Assembly (NCBI GenBank): GCA_045565315.1
Contig: JBJLFO010000001.1
Span: 977,061 to 1,041,060 of the forward strand
From: Alphaproteobacteria bacterium
Lineage (GTDB): Bacteria; Pseudomonadota; Alphaproteobacteria; Rhizobiales; TMED25
Length of the DNA stretch: 64,000 nt
Reading direction: 5' to 3'
The notes under the pieces are model-generated. The model did no database searches. It had not been told where the DNA came from and saw only the letters and a list, made by a program, of their open reading frames with translations. Positions 1 to 10,527 of the stretch are shown piece by piece. Within the stretch, counting starts at the first letter, position 1. Every line of letters begins with the position of its first letter. A program made the translations under genes and the position numbers.

Positions 1-2
1 AT

Positions 3-287
3 GATCAAGTCATAAAAAGGGCAAATCAAATACTTGGTAAACAAATTTCAAAAAAACAAGTACTTGCAATTGGTGATGGTTTGTATACTGATATTATGGG
101 AGCAAGTATGAATGATATTGATTCATTATTTATTACGGATGGCGTTCATAAGGAAGAATTAGATGAATATATTGGCAATAGTGAATTTGAGAGAAATATA
201 ATTATCAACTTTATTCAAGAAAATAATATAAACATAAAAATGCCAAAATATATTCAACGTGAATTGGATTTTTTCAATTACATATAA
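3..287 (+). CDS. HAD-IIA family hydrolase (TIGR01459-like), 5' truncated by the window edge
   Basis: Frame is open from base 3: ...KQVLAIGDGLYTDIMGA...LFITDGVH, the HAD-IIA motif IV (GDxxxTD). Usual position upstream of ribF in alphaproteobacteria. Confidence 0.8.
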   Translation, partial: DQVIKRANQILGKQISKKQVLAIGDGLYTDIMGASMNDIDSLFITDGVHKEELDEYIGNSEFERNIIINFIQENNINIKMPKYIQRELDFFNYI

Positions 288-299
288 ATAAGTGCCAGC

Positions 300-1256
300 A
301 TGAAAATCATAGAAAATTATACCGACCTTAATCAGGAATACCATAAATCAGTTGTTGCAATTGGTAATTTTGATGGTATCCACAATGGCCACAAAGCTCT
401 TATAAGAAAAGTAGTACAATTGGCCAATCAAAATGCCCGTTTGGCAGGACTGATCACATTCACCCCACATCCACGAGTTTTCTTCTCAGGTGAGAAAAAT
501 TTCTCACAAATAAATGATGAAGTTACAAAGCAAGATATTCTCAGTAGGCAAGATCTGGATATTTTATTTAAAATTAAATTTAATAAACAACTATCTTTGA
601 TGCCACCAGATGTTTTTTTTAATCATGTGCTTAAGAATGGTATAAACGTTTCTCATATAATAGTAGGGTCAGATTTTAAATTTGGTTATAAGAGGTCGGG
701 AAATATAGAAATACTCAAATATCTATCAAAAGAGAATAATATAGGTTTTGACGTAATTGAAAAACAAGCGAATAGTTTGTCAAAGACTTATTCATCTTCT
801 TCAATCAGAGAATATTTATTACAGGGAAATATTGCCGAAGTAAATAAAATGCTGGGACATTATTGGTATACGATGGGTGTTGTAATAACGGGTGCGAATA
901 AAGGTAATCAAATAGGATACCCAACAATCAATATAAGATTAGACGGTTCAATTAAATTTGCACATGGAATATATGCAACAAATGTATATATAGACTCAAA
1001 GCGATATCAAGGCGCTACATATTATGGAAAAAGACCAACTTATGAAGGAACTGAAGAATTCTTAGAGACCTATATATTTGATTTTAATAGCAATATTTAT
1101 GATCATGAAGTCAAGATAGAATTTATTGATTTTGTAAGATATGATCAGACATATGAGAGCGATAATAAATTAAAAAATCAAATGAAAATTGACTGTGAAA
1201 ATGTTTTAATTAAATTGCAATACTATGACAAAAAATTTAGTTTATTAGATAAATAA
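300..1256 (+). CDS. ribF: Bifunctional riboflavin kinase / FAD synthetase
   Basis: GNFDGIHNGH, DFKFG, SSSSIR, GYPTIN, GKRPT and ETYIFDF motifs; precedes ileS. Confidence 0.97.
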   Translation: MKIIENYTDLNQEYHKSVVAIGNFDGIHNGHKALIRKVVQLANQNARLAGLITFTPHPRVFFSGEKNFSQINDEVTKQDILSRQDLDILFKIKFNKQLSLMPPDVFFNHVLKNGINVSHIIVGSDFKFGYKRSGNIEILKYLSKENNIGFDVIEKQANSLSKTYSSSSIREYLLQGNIAEVNKMLGHYWYTMGVVITGANKGNQIGYPTINIRLDGSIKFAHGIYATNVYIDSKRYQGATYYGKRPTYEGTEEFLETYIFDFNSNIYDHEVKIEFIDFVRYDQTYESDNKLKNQMKIDCENVLIKLQYYDKKFSLLDK

Positions 1257-1273
1257 TTAAAAATGTGGCATAG

Positions 1274-4228
1274 ATGAATAAAAAAATTGAGGATGTAAAA
1301 AGTTGGGCAGACACTATACTGCTTCCAAAAACAGATTTTGCCATGCGCGCAAATCTTCCCGATGCTGAACCTGAAGTATTAAAATATTGGCAAAAGTTGG
1401 ATCTATATAATGAAAATATAAGAATTTCTAGTGGTAGAGAAAAATTTACTCTTCATGACGGACCTCCATACGCAAATGGAAACTTACACATCGGTCATGC
1501 CTTAAATAAGGTACTAAAAGATTTAATTGTTCGGTCAAAGTTTATGATGAATTATGATGTATCTTATATTCCCGGATGGGATTGTCATGGTTTGCCAATA
1601 GAATGGAAGGTTGAAGAGAAATACAGAAATAAAGGTATGGATAAGGATTTAATTCCGGTAAATAAGTTTAGGGATGAGTGTAGGGATTTTGCAGAGCACT
1701 GGATTAATATCCAAAAAGAAGAATTTAAGAGGCTTGGTGTAATTGGTGATTGGGAAAATCCATACACTACTATGAAATTTCAATCCGAAGCATTGATCGC
1801 GAAGGAGTTATTGAAAATAGCAATGCAGGGTTCTTTATATCAAGGATCAAAGCCTGTAATGTGGTCAGTAATAGAAAAAACAGCTCTTGCAGAGGCAGAA
1901 GTTGAATATCTAGATTATACTTCAGATGCCGTCTGGGTTAAATTTAAAATTGATCCTGAAAAAACAGAACTTAATGATTCAGAAATAACTGAACAAATCA
2001 ATAATGCTTCCATATTGATATGGACAACAACTCCATGGACGATGCCAGGGAATAGGGCAATATGTTACTCATCGAAAATAAATTACTCTATATTTGAAAT
2101 ATCCGAAGTTGAAGCGGATATGTGGGCAATAAAGGGTGATAAGTTAATAATTGCAGACGCACTCGTGGAAGAAGTAATGCAGGTCTCAAAAGTTACTTCA
2201 TTCAAGAAAATTGGGTCGGTCCCAGCAAAAGTATTAAACAAGATTATATGCAATCACCCATTCAGAAATTCTCTGAAGAATTTTGACTTTTCAGTACCAT
2301 TACTAGACGGAGATCATGTGATGGATGACACTGGAACTGGGTTTGTCCATACTGCACCTGGGCACGGGATTGACGATTTTGAAATTTGGATGAAAAACAA
2401 GAAGAACTTGGAAAAGATGAATATTGAGAGTTCAATTCCATATACTGTAAACGAAGATGGTAGTTTTGATAAAAAAATAGATGGATTTGAGAATATTAGT
2501 GTAATTGATACAAGTGGTAAAAAAGGTAAGGCCAATGATCACGTAATTAGTAAGCTTGTTGAAACTAACTCAATAATTGCCAGAAAGCGATTTGATCATC
2601 AATATCCTCATTCTTGGAGATCAAAAAAACCTGTAATTTTTAGAAATACACCCCAATGGTTCATATCAATGGAAGATAATAAAGAGGATGGATTGAGGGT
2701 TAAAGCAATAAAGTCAATCGAGAATACAGTCTTTCACCCAGAGAGCGGCAAAAATAGACTTAAGGCTATGATAGAGAATAGACCAGACTGGGTTTTATCG
2801 AGACAAAGATCATGGGGAGTACCAATTTCTCTATTTATCAATAAATCTACTGGTATTTTTATTCCGAATCCAACTTTTGAAGGCTCAGAAAAATTAATTA
2901 GCCGTATACAAGATATTTTTTCTAAAGAAGGCGCAAATGCATGGTTTGCAGAAAATGCAAAAGAGAGATTTTTAGATGGAATTATCGAAGATTTTTCAGA
3001 TTGGGAAAAGGTTGATGATATTCTAGATGTGTGGTTTGAATCGGGAACAACACATGCATTTGTATTAGAAGAAAATCCGTCAGCAAACTGGCCAGCGGAT
3101 CTTTATTTAGAAGGCAGTGATCAACACAGGGGCTGGTTTCATTCATCATTATTAGAAAGCAGTTTAACAAGAGGTCGTGCACCATATAATGCACTTCTTA
3201 CACATGGTTTTACGATGGATAAAGATGGCAAAAAAATGTCAAAATCTTCTGGCAATGTAGTTTCTCCGCAGGATATTGTTAAGAAATATGGGGCTGATGT
3301 CTTAAGGCTTTGGGTAGCATCAACAGACTATACTGATGATCAAAGAATTGGCGATGAGATTCTCAAATCAGTAGTAGACTCGTACAGGAAAATTAGAAAT
3401 ACAATAAGATGGATGCTTGGAGTCTTATCATATTATGATTCTCAATGGGAGTACTCATATAGTGATCTTAATGAATTAGAGAAATATATGCTTCATAAAC
3501 TTACTAATTTACAAAATGATGTAGCAATTGCTTACGATCAATATGAATTTAAGAAGGTCACATCTTTATTAATTAACTTTATAAATCAAGATTTGTCTGC
3601 ATTTTATTTTGATATCAGAAAAGACTCCCTCTATTGTGACAGCTTTTCAAGTAGTAAGAGACGATCTACTCTTTATGTTATAAATATAATTTTTAACAGA
3701 ATAATTAAACTATATGCCCCAATTCTGAGCTTTACGATGGAAGATGTATGGAAAAATTATCAATACAGTGACAACGAGTCAATTCACCTCACGAGATTTG
3801 ATGCTGCTGACTTAAGTTTGATTAATAACAAAGTTAACGAAAAATGGGAGAATATCCTTAAATTAAGGCGAACAGTCACTGCTGCTTTAGAAATTCAAAG
3901 AAGGAATAAGACTATTGGCTCTAGCCTTGAGGCTGATATACAGATTTGTGTTAAAAATGATAATATTTTACAATTTATCCAAGATATTGATATTGCTGAA
4001 GTTTGTATCACAAGCCATGCCGAAATTGTCAAAGATCAATTGACGGATAAATATTTTATTCTTGAAGATCAGCCTGATATTGGGGTCTTAGTATTGCATG
4101 CAAAGGGTAATAAATGCCAGAGATCATGGAGAATTTCTGAAGATGTTGGAAAAGATAATGATTATCCAGATTTATCAATCAGAGATGCGAATGCAGTACG
4201 AGAGTTTATAAAAGAAAATAAACCTTAA
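1274..4228 (+). CDS. ileS: Isoleucine--tRNA ligase
   Basis: HDGPPYANG-HIGH, WTTTPWT, EGSDQHRGWF and KMSKS motifs. Confidence 0.99.
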   Translation: MNKKIEDVKSWADTILLPKTDFAMRANLPDAEPEVLKYWQKLDLYNENIRISSGREKFTLHDGPPYANGNLHIGHALNKVLKDLIVRSKFMMNYDVSYIPGWDCHGLPIEWKVEEKYRNKGMDKDLIPVNKFRDECRDFAEHWINIQKEEFKRLGVIGDWENPYTTMKFQSEALIAKELLKIAMQGSLYQGSKPVMWSVIEKTALAEAEVEYLDYTSDAVWVKFKIDPEKTELNDSEITEQINNASILIWTTTPWTMPGNRAICYSSKINYSIFEISEVEADMWAIKGDKLIIADALVEEVMQVSKVTSFKKIGSVPAKVLNKIICNHPFRNSLKNFDFSVPLLDGDHVMDDTGTGFVHTAPGHGIDDFEIWMKNKKNLEKMNIESSIPYTVNEDGSFDKKIDGFENISVIDTSGKKGKANDHVISKLVETNSIIARKRFDHQYPHSWRSKKPVIFRNTPQWFISMEDNKEDGLRVKAIKSIENTVFHPESGKNRLKAMIENRPDWVLSRQRSWGVPISLFINKSTGIFIPNPTFEGSEKLISRIQDIFSKEGANAWFAENAKERFLDGIIEDFSDWEKVDDILDVWFESGTTHAFVLEENPSANWPADLYLEGSDQHRGWFHSSLLESSLTRGRAPYNALLTHGFTMDKDGKKMSKSSGNVVSPQDIVKKYGADVLRLWVASTDYTDDQRIGDEILKSVVDSYRKIRNTIRWMLGVLSYYDSQWEYSYSDLNELEKYMLHKLTNLQNDVAIAYDQYEFKKVTSLLINFINQDLSAFYFDIRKDSLYCDSFSSSKRRSTLYVINIIFNRIIKLYAPILSFTMEDVWKNYQYSDNESIHLTRFDAADLSLINNKVNEKWENILKLRRTVTAALEIQRRNKTIGSSLEADIQICVKNDNILQFIQDIDIAEVCITSHAEIVKDQLTDKYFILEDQPDIGVLVLHAKGNKCQRSWRISEDVGKDNDYPDLSIRDANAVREFIKENKP

Positions 4229-4233
4229 TAAAA

Positions 4234-4746
4234 ATGTATAAAATTGATATTTTTAATAACATAATTCAAAAAAAATTCTTAATTTTTTTTATGGTCTTAT
4301 TTATATTTGATAGATTGATAAAATATCTTCTATTAAGATATTTTGAGCAATTTGATATTAAAGCTATAGATGTAACTAGTTTTTTTGAAATTATACTGGT
4401 TTGGAATAGAGGTTTTAGTTATGGTCTTTTCCCACAGGAGAGTTATTTAGGACAAATATTTATTTGTATTTTTTCTCTTTTAATTTGTCTATGGATCACA
4501 AAGTTTATATTTAGTTCTAAAATTAAATTTAAAATGGTATCACTTACCTTAATCCTTGCAGGTGCACTATCTAATATTATTGATAGGCTGTTATATTCGG
4601 GTGTTGCAGATTTTTTTCATTTTTATTTAAAAGAATATAGTTGGTATGTCTTCAATATTGCGGATATTTATATAGTAACCGGATTAATGCTATTGCTTTT
4701 GGTATTTACTTGGCCTAAAATTAATTTTAAATTATCTAATAAATAA
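4234..4746 (+). CDS. lspA: Lipoprotein signal peptidase II
   Basis: WNRGFSYG, GALSNIIDR and VFNIAD motifs; hydrophobic; follows ileS. Confidence 0.95.
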   Translation: MYKIDIFNNIIQKKFLIFFMVLFIFDRLIKYLLLRYFEQFDIKAIDVTSFFEIILVWNRGFSYGLFPQESYLGQIFICIFSLLICLWITKFIFSSKIKFKMVSLTLILAGALSNIIDRLLYSGVADFFHFYLKEYSWYVFNIADIYIVTGLMLLLLVFTWPKINFKLSNK

Positions 4747-4752
4747 TATAAA

Positions 4753-5544
4753 TTGAATATGTCACTTGCCAAATATAGTAGAATATTTTTTGTTTGTTTA
4801 CTTATTTTGCCAAGTTGTGGATCTTCATTAAAGGAATTTGTATCTTCATCTACTACTGGAAGCGCATTCCAAGCCGGTCCTCCAGATGAATTTCTAACTG
4901 TTACCAAAAAACCATTGATAATGCCCCCGGATTACTTGCTAAGGCCGCCATCAGATGAGGACCCTGCTTTCCTTATTAATACCCGAGAAGAAGCTAAGCT
5001 TTTAGTATTAGGTGAAGAAGCACCATCGAGTATATCAAGGGCTGAAGAGGATATTCTACTTATGGCAAATAGTAAGAGTGCCAATCCTAATATAAAAAAG
5101 GAACTATATGCTGAAGAGGGGGCTATAAAAGATGAAAACCTTACTGAATATCTGGCAAGACTCAAAGATGAGAATGCCCAAGTATTGGACACTGAAGAAG
5201 AATTTAAAAGACTAAATAAGAGAGAAATTATTGATAATAAGACTATGGCTGAGAATGAAGAAAAAAATTCGATTAAAGTTGAGGCTCTTAGTTTGAATCG
5301 ATTGATGTTAAAAAATCTTCAGGAAACAGATGATATTTCTGACAAGAGTAAGATAAATTATGAGCTATCAATTGATGATATTATAGATTTAGATGGAAAA
5401 GAAAACTCAAAAAGTGATAGTGAAACAGAATTTGAAAGTAGCGTAGATACTACAAAACGAGACGAGATTCCACCTGTTGACAGGATGCCAACAGTGTTTA
5501 AAGGTTTAATGGGCGGTATAACAAGTGGATTTGGTTTATTTTAA
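4753..5544 (+). CDS. DUF3035-like lipoprotein with extended acidic C-terminus
   Basis: Lipobox-like LILPSC; PDEFLTVTKKPLIMPPDYLLRPP matches DUF3035; lies between lspA and mutL. Start may be the ATG at 4759. Confidence 0.7.
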   Translation: MNMSLAKYSRIFFVCLLILPSCGSSLKEFVSSSTTGSAFQAGPPDEFLTVTKKPLIMPPDYLLRPPSDEDPAFLINTREEAKLLVLGEEAPSSISRAEEDILLMANSKSANPNIKKELYAEEGAIKDENLTEYLARLKDENAQVLDTEEEFKRLNKREIIDNKTMAENEEKNSIKVEALSLNRLMLKNLQETDDISDKSKINYELSIDDIIDLDGKENSKSDSETEFESSVDTTKRDEIPPVDRMPTVFKGLMGGITSGFGLF

Positions 5545-5568
5545 CCGAACGATCGTTCAGTATGAGGT

Positions 5569-7356
5569 ATGGTAATGGTTATTAAATTACTAGATAGCAA
5601 TACTATTAATCAAATTGCAGCTGGTGAAGTAATTGAGCGTCCATCCTCTATTGTAAAAGAGTTGGTTGAAAACGCAATTGATGCTAACTCTAGAAATATA
5701 TCTATAAAAATCAAAGATGGTGGCAAAGAGTTCATAGAAATAGAAGATGATGGCTGTGGTATGTCAAAAGAAGACCTTGCTTTATCTATAAAGAGACATG
5801 CTACATCTAAATTAGAAAAAAATAATATTGAAAAAATTAATACACTAGGATTTAGAGGTGAGGCACTTCCATCGATTGGATCTGTTTCAAGGATTCGGAT
5901 TATCTCTAAGGTTATATCAGATAATGGGTATCAAATTACAGTCGATTATGGTAAAGAAAAAAAAATAAGACAATCCCCATGTAATCAAGGAACTATCGTA
6001 ACCGTTGAAAATTTGTTTTTAAAATTACCAGCAAGGTATAAATTTTTAAAAAGCGCCCGCAGTGAGTTAGGTGCTATCCTTAATTTATTAAAGAAACTGG
6101 CGATATCGAACCCAGAGGTCTCTTTCAAAATTGAGGTAGATGGAAAACAATATCTAAGTTGGGTCAGAGGAGAATCTTCAAAAGAGTCATTGTTTGAAAA
6201 TCGTATTATTGATATTTTTGGAATAGATTTCCTCAATAACATGACCACGCTTAATCATGCAAGTTCTGATGTCACTATTCAGGGTTATATTGGATTACCC
6301 GCTTACAATAGAACTAATTCAAATTCACAGTATATCATTGTCAATAATCGCGTGATAACCGACAGAAGATTATCTGGTGCTATAAGATCAGCTTACAAAG
6401 ATAGGCTGGCCAAAGGAAGATTTCCAATTTTTATTATAAAAATAACCATACCAACATACGCCGTAGATGTTAATGTCCACCCAGCTAAATCAGAAGTTAG
6501 ATTTGCTAACGATAGGCAGGTTACATCTATCTTGATTTCTGCCATTAATAAATCACTAGCAAAATCGAACTCCAAAAGCTTGAATCTATCATCAACATTG
6601 AAGAATGTTAATACTATTCATGAGAAATATCAAAGTTCAGTTTACCAAACTCAGGGTGAGATGGCCATACAGGCTGATAAAACAACATACAACGAATTAG
6701 TAAAAAATAGTAGAAACACAAATGATATTTCAGAAATAAATGATAAAAATATTTTAATAAATAGTAATCAAAACAATAATTATCCTCTTGGATTTGCAAG
6801 AGCACAAATTTTCAAGAATTATATATTGGCACAAAACCAGAATGGAATGATTATCGTTGACCAGCATGCGGCTCATGAGAGAATAGTATATGAGAAAATG
6901 AAGCTAAGTTTCCATAATAATGAGATAGAAAGACAGACGCTTTTGATACCGTATATCCATAATTTAAGTCAGATAGATAAAGAAAAAATATTATCTGTAG
7001 ATTCTGATTTATTGAGTTTTGGAATCGAAATTGAAGACTTCGGTAATGAAATAATTATTAGAGCAATCCCCACTCTAATAATTGGAGCTAATTTAAAGGA
7101 TCTTATTAATGATATATTGGATTGTATTAATGATGATTTTTTACTAAAAAACTTTGATGATAGATTAAACTTAATCCTCTCAAGGATCGCTTGCTATGGG
7201 TCAATTAGGAGTGGAAGACAATTAAATATCGATGAAATGAACGCTTTATTAAGAGAAATTGAAGTTACACCAGACTCAGGACAGTGCAATCATGGTCGAC
7301 CCTCACATATTTACCTTAGCCAAGAGGAGATAGAAAAACTATTTGAGAGAACGTAG
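5569..7356 (+). CDS. mutL: DNA mismatch repair protein MutL
   Basis: NQIAAGEVIERP, GFRGEAL, DVNVHPAKSEV, and endonuclease motifs DQHAAHER and CNHGRP. Confidence 0.98.
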   Translation: MVMVIKLLDSNTINQIAAGEVIERPSSIVKELVENAIDANSRNISIKIKDGGKEFIEIEDDGCGMSKEDLALSIKRHATSKLEKNNIEKINTLGFRGEALPSIGSVSRIRIISKVISDNGYQITVDYGKEKKIRQSPCNQGTIVTVENLFLKLPARYKFLKSARSELGAILNLLKKLAISNPEVSFKIEVDGKQYLSWVRGESSKESLFENRIIDIFGIDFLNNMTTLNHASSDVTIQGYIGLPAYNRTNSNSQYIIVNNRVITDRRLSGAIRSAYKDRLAKGRFPIFIIKITIPTYAVDVNVHPAKSEVRFANDRQVTSILISAINKSLAKSNSKSLNLSSTLKNVNTIHEKYQSSVYQTQGEMAIQADKTTYNELVKNSRNTNDISEINDKNILINSNQNNNYPLGFARAQIFKNYILAQNQNGMIIVDQHAAHERIVYEKMKLSFHNNEIERQTLLIPYIHNLSQIDKEKILSVDSDLLSFGIEIEDFGNEIIIRAIPTLIIGANLKDLINDILDCINDDFLLKNFDDRLNLILSRIACYGSIRSGRQLNIDEMNALLREIEVTPDSGQCNHGRPSHIYLSQEEIEKLFERT

Positions 7357-7911
7357 CTTAAATTGAAAGAAAAGAACTTGAGAGTTTCCATATATTTTTT
7401 TACAGATTAACTCAAAATTTTCATCTTCAATAATTTTACTTTTCTTATCTTCTTCAACTACAAGCAGCCCATTTTTATTTAAAAGTTCATTTTTCAATAT
7501 GAATGCAAATACTGTACTGATATAATTTTTATTATATGGTGGATCTGCAAAAATAAGATCAAATTTTTTTTCAGACTCAAATTTTTTTGAATTACTAATA
7601 TTAAAAACTAAGTTCTTTGACTTGTTTAATAAATTACAATTTTCTAAATTTGTACGACAAATTTTTTGCGATATCTTACTAATATCTATAAATAAGCAAT
7701 GTGCCGAGCCTCTTGAAAGAGCTTCAATTCCGAGGCTTCCAGAACCAGAAAAAAGATCCAAAACATTTTTATTATAAAGTGAAAAGCTTATGTTTCCATG
7801 CTCAATAATATTATATATTGCCATCTTAACTTTATCAGATGTTGGTCTAATTTTTTTATCATTACTTGAGACTAATTTTTTTCCTTTAGCGATACCAGAT
7901 ATAACTCTCAT
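7339..7911 (-). CDS. rsmD: 16S rRNA m2G966 methyltransferase
   Basis: MRVISG, RPTSDKV, DLFSGSGSLGIEALSRG and DPPY. Confidence 0.95.
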   Translation of the reverse strand: MRVISGIAKGKKLVSSNDKKIRPTSDKVKMAIYNIIEHGNISFSLYNKNVLDLFSGSGSLGIEALSRGSAHCLFIDISKISQKICRTNLENCNLLNKSKNLVFNISNSKKFESEKKFDLIFADPPYNKNYISTVFAFILKNELLNKNGLLVVEEDKKSKIIEDENFELICKKIYGNSQVLFFQFKLRSLK

Positions 7912-7916
7912 GGTTA

Positions 7917-8672
7917 TTACCTTATATTAAAACCAATTTTTTTTAATCTTTGATTCACAATTTTATAATCAATTTCAACAAAATGTCCTTTTTGAATATT
8001 ACCAAGTTCGAATGGTCCAAATTTTGTTCGGATAAGCCTATTTATTTGAAGATTAAAATATTGACAAATTTTTCTAATTTCTCTGTTCTTTCCTTCAGAT
8101 ATCTCAATTTGAAGCCAAGTATTCGCCTCGCTGTAAGATAATATACTTGCAGAAATTATGTTATATTTTATATGCTCAATTATTATTTCACCACACATTT
8201 TATCTATAAGCTTTTGCTCTAGTTTTCCTCGAGTCTTAATCTTATACCTCCTTATCAATTTACTTCTGGGGTGCTCCATAAATCTGGATAAATCTCCATT
8301 ATTTGTGAATAGTAATAATCCTTCAGTATTTATATCTAGTCTTCCAATAGATATTAGGTGATTAACTTTTCTTGGTAATAAGCTGAAGACAGTTTCTCGT
8401 TTTTGTGGATCTTTTGTTGTTGTTATATAACCCTTGGGCTTATTTAGAATCCAGATTTTAGTGGTTAATTCATAAGAGAGGACCTTGTCATCAATGGATA
8501 TAGTGTCTCTGCTTGTTACAAAAGTTATTGGAGACATTACTAGCTCCCCATTTATTTTTATTCTACGATCTATGATTAATTTTTCTGCGTCTCTTCGTGA
8601 GTAGGCACCAGAACGAGATATTATTTTGGCGATACGTTGATTTTCTATTTTGTAATTTGCATTATTAGGCAT
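7917..8672 (-). CDS. rluB: rRNA pseudouridine synthase (RluB/RsuA family)
   Basis: S4 domain SRRDAE, NKPKGY, GRLD catalytic motif and EGKNREIR. ATG at 8672 preferred over the ORF-track start at 8708. Confidence 0.85.
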   Translation of the reverse strand: MPNNANYKIENQRIAKIISRSGAYSRRDAEKLIIDRRIKINGELVMSPITFVTSRDTISIDDKVLSYELTTKIWILNKPKGYITTTKDPQKRETVFSLLPRKVNHLISIGRLDINTEGLLLFTNNGDLSRFMEHPRSKLIRRYKIKTRGKLEQKLIDKMCGEIIIEHIKYNIISASILSYSEANTWLQIEISEGKNREIRKICQYFNLQINRLIRTKFGPFELGNIQKGHFVEIDYKIVNQRLKKIGFNIR

Positions 8673-8726
8673 AACTTTAATTATATAAATAAAAAATAAA
8701 ATTAGCATTAATAGTTAAGTTATATC

Positions 8727-9173
8727 ATGAAATTTATGAAAGTAGCTATTGAAGAAGCGAAACTTGCTCAAAATAATAATGAGGTTCCAGTTGGAGCTGT
8801 CATAACGGACACTCACGGAAAGATCATATCTCAAGCTCATAATATGACAAGAACCTTATATGACCCAACCTCTCACGCAGAAATTATGGCGATAAGATTA
8901 GCATCTTCAAAGTTAGCCAATAATGTATTATCAAATTGCGATATTTATGTAACCCTAGAGCCATGTTCAATGTGTTATTTTGCAATTTCTTATGCAAGGA
9001 TTCGACGTATTTATTTTGGAGCCTATAGCTATGAGATTGATAGAAATATACTCGAAGATTACTCAAAGCCTAATGGAGTAGGTTCCTCTAATCATAAACC
9101 AGAAATATATGGTGGAATATTAGAAGAAGAGAATAGAAATTTACTAAAATTATTTTTCAAGAGTAAAAGATGA
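8727..9173 (+). CDS. tadA: tRNA adenosine(34) deaminase-like nucleoside deaminase
   Basis: EVPVGAV, HAE and TLEPCSMC zinc motifs; divergent from rluB as in other alphaproteobacteria. Confidence 0.85.
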   Translation: MKFMKVAIEEAKLAQNNNEVPVGAVITDTHGKIISQAHNMTRTLYDPTSHAEIMAIRLASSKLANNVLSNCDIYVTLEPCSMCYFAISYARIRRIYFGAYSYEIDRNILEDYSKPNGVGSSNHKPEIYGGILEEENRNLLKLFFKSKR

Positions 9174-9174
9174 A

Positions 9175-10443
9175 TTATTCTGACTGGATACCCCTCCATG
9201 CAATATCTTTTCTATAAAATTTATCTTTATATGTGATTTTATCCACTGCTTCATAGGCCTGGTCTCTTGCTTCTTGAATTGTGTTAGCAGTTGAAGTCAC
9301 ATTAAGAACTCTTCCACCTGTCGCAATTAACTCTCCATTTACAATGGATGTTCCTGCGTGAAATACTTTTATGTTTTTATTCGCCTCAGCATCTTCAATT
9401 CCGGTTATCGATGAATCAATATTATATTCGAGTGGATATCCTTTATTGGCTAACACGATAGTAAGAGATTTTTTATCATGCCACTGAATTTTATGATTCT
9501 TTAAATTTACATTAACAGTATCTAGCACAAGTTCTGTAAAGTTTGATTTTAAGAGCATAAGTAGTGCTTGAGTTTCAGGATCACCAAATCTTATATTATA
9601 TTCAATTAAGCTTGGTTCACCATCTCTGATCATCAATCCAGCAAATAAAACACCAGTATACGAAATATCTCTTTTTTTTAAACCACTTAGAGTTGGTTCT
9701 AATATAAGGTTAATAATCTTATTTTCTAATTTTTTTGTTAGAATTGGAGGCGGGCAGTAGGCTCCCATTCCACCAGTATTTGGACCTTTATCTCCATCTA
9801 AAAGTCTTTTATGATCCTGAGCACCCATCAACGGGAGAATATTCTCACCATCTGAGATAGCGAAATAACTTATTTCTTCACCATCAAGGAATTCCTCGAT
9901 TAGAACTGATTGATTTAAACCAAAACGACCATCAAATATATCATGTACAGCAGTTTGTGCCTCCAAGAAGGAGTCACATATAAACACACCTTTTCCGGCA
10001 GCTAATCCATCTGCCTTAATAACATATGGGGGTTGCATCTTTTTTAAATATTCAATACTTTCTGCATATACATTGAACGATTTTGCAGCAGCAGTTGGAA
10101 TATTATTTTCAAGAGCAATTTCTTTAGTAAATTTCTTTGACGATTCTAGTAATGAGGCTTTTTCTCTGGGTGCGAATACCTTTACTCCTAACTCCAACAA
10201 ATAATCTGTTAACCCATTGCATATTGGAACTTCTGGACCAATAATAACCAACCCTACTTTGTTCATAGAAACAAAATTACATAGAGCTTTAAAATCTAAG
10301 GGGTTAATTTTAATACATTCACAATATTGACTAATCCCAGGATTTCCTGGGATAGCATATAATATGTCTGAGGGTGATCCATTATATAAAGATCGTGCTA
10401 TTGCATGTTCTCTACCTCCATTCCCAATTAAAAGTATTCTCAT
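9175..10443 (-). CDS. purD: Phosphoribosylamine--glycine ligase
   Basis: GNGGREHA, KADGLAAGKGV, QDHKR, GPNTGGMGAY and RFGDPE. Confidence 0.98.
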   Translation of the reverse strand: MRILLIGNGGREHAIARSLYNGSPSDILYAIPGNPGISQYCECIKINPLDFKALCNFVSMNKVGLVIIGPEVPICNGLTDYLLELGVKVFAPREKASLLESSKKFTKEIALENNIPTAAAKSFNVYAESIEYLKKMQPPYVIKADGLAAGKGVFICDSFLEAQTAVHDIFDGRFGLNQSVLIEEFLDGEEISYFAISDGENILPLMGAQDHKRLLDGDKGPNTGGMGAYCPPPILTKKLENKIINLILEPTLSGLKKRDISYTGVLFAGLMIRDGEPSLIEYNIRFGDPETQALLMLLKSNFTELVLDTVNVNLKNHKIQWHDKKSLTIVLANKGYPLEYNIDSSITGIEDAEANKNIKVFHAGTSIVNGELIATGGRVLNVTSTANTIQEARDQAYEAVDKITYKDKFYRKDIAWRGIQSE

Positions 10444-10527
10444 TATATTATTTTATTATTTTGAATTATCTGCTAATTGATATTAACCTATAAAACCGTA
10501 ATGTTAATTGATAATTTTATATTTTAG

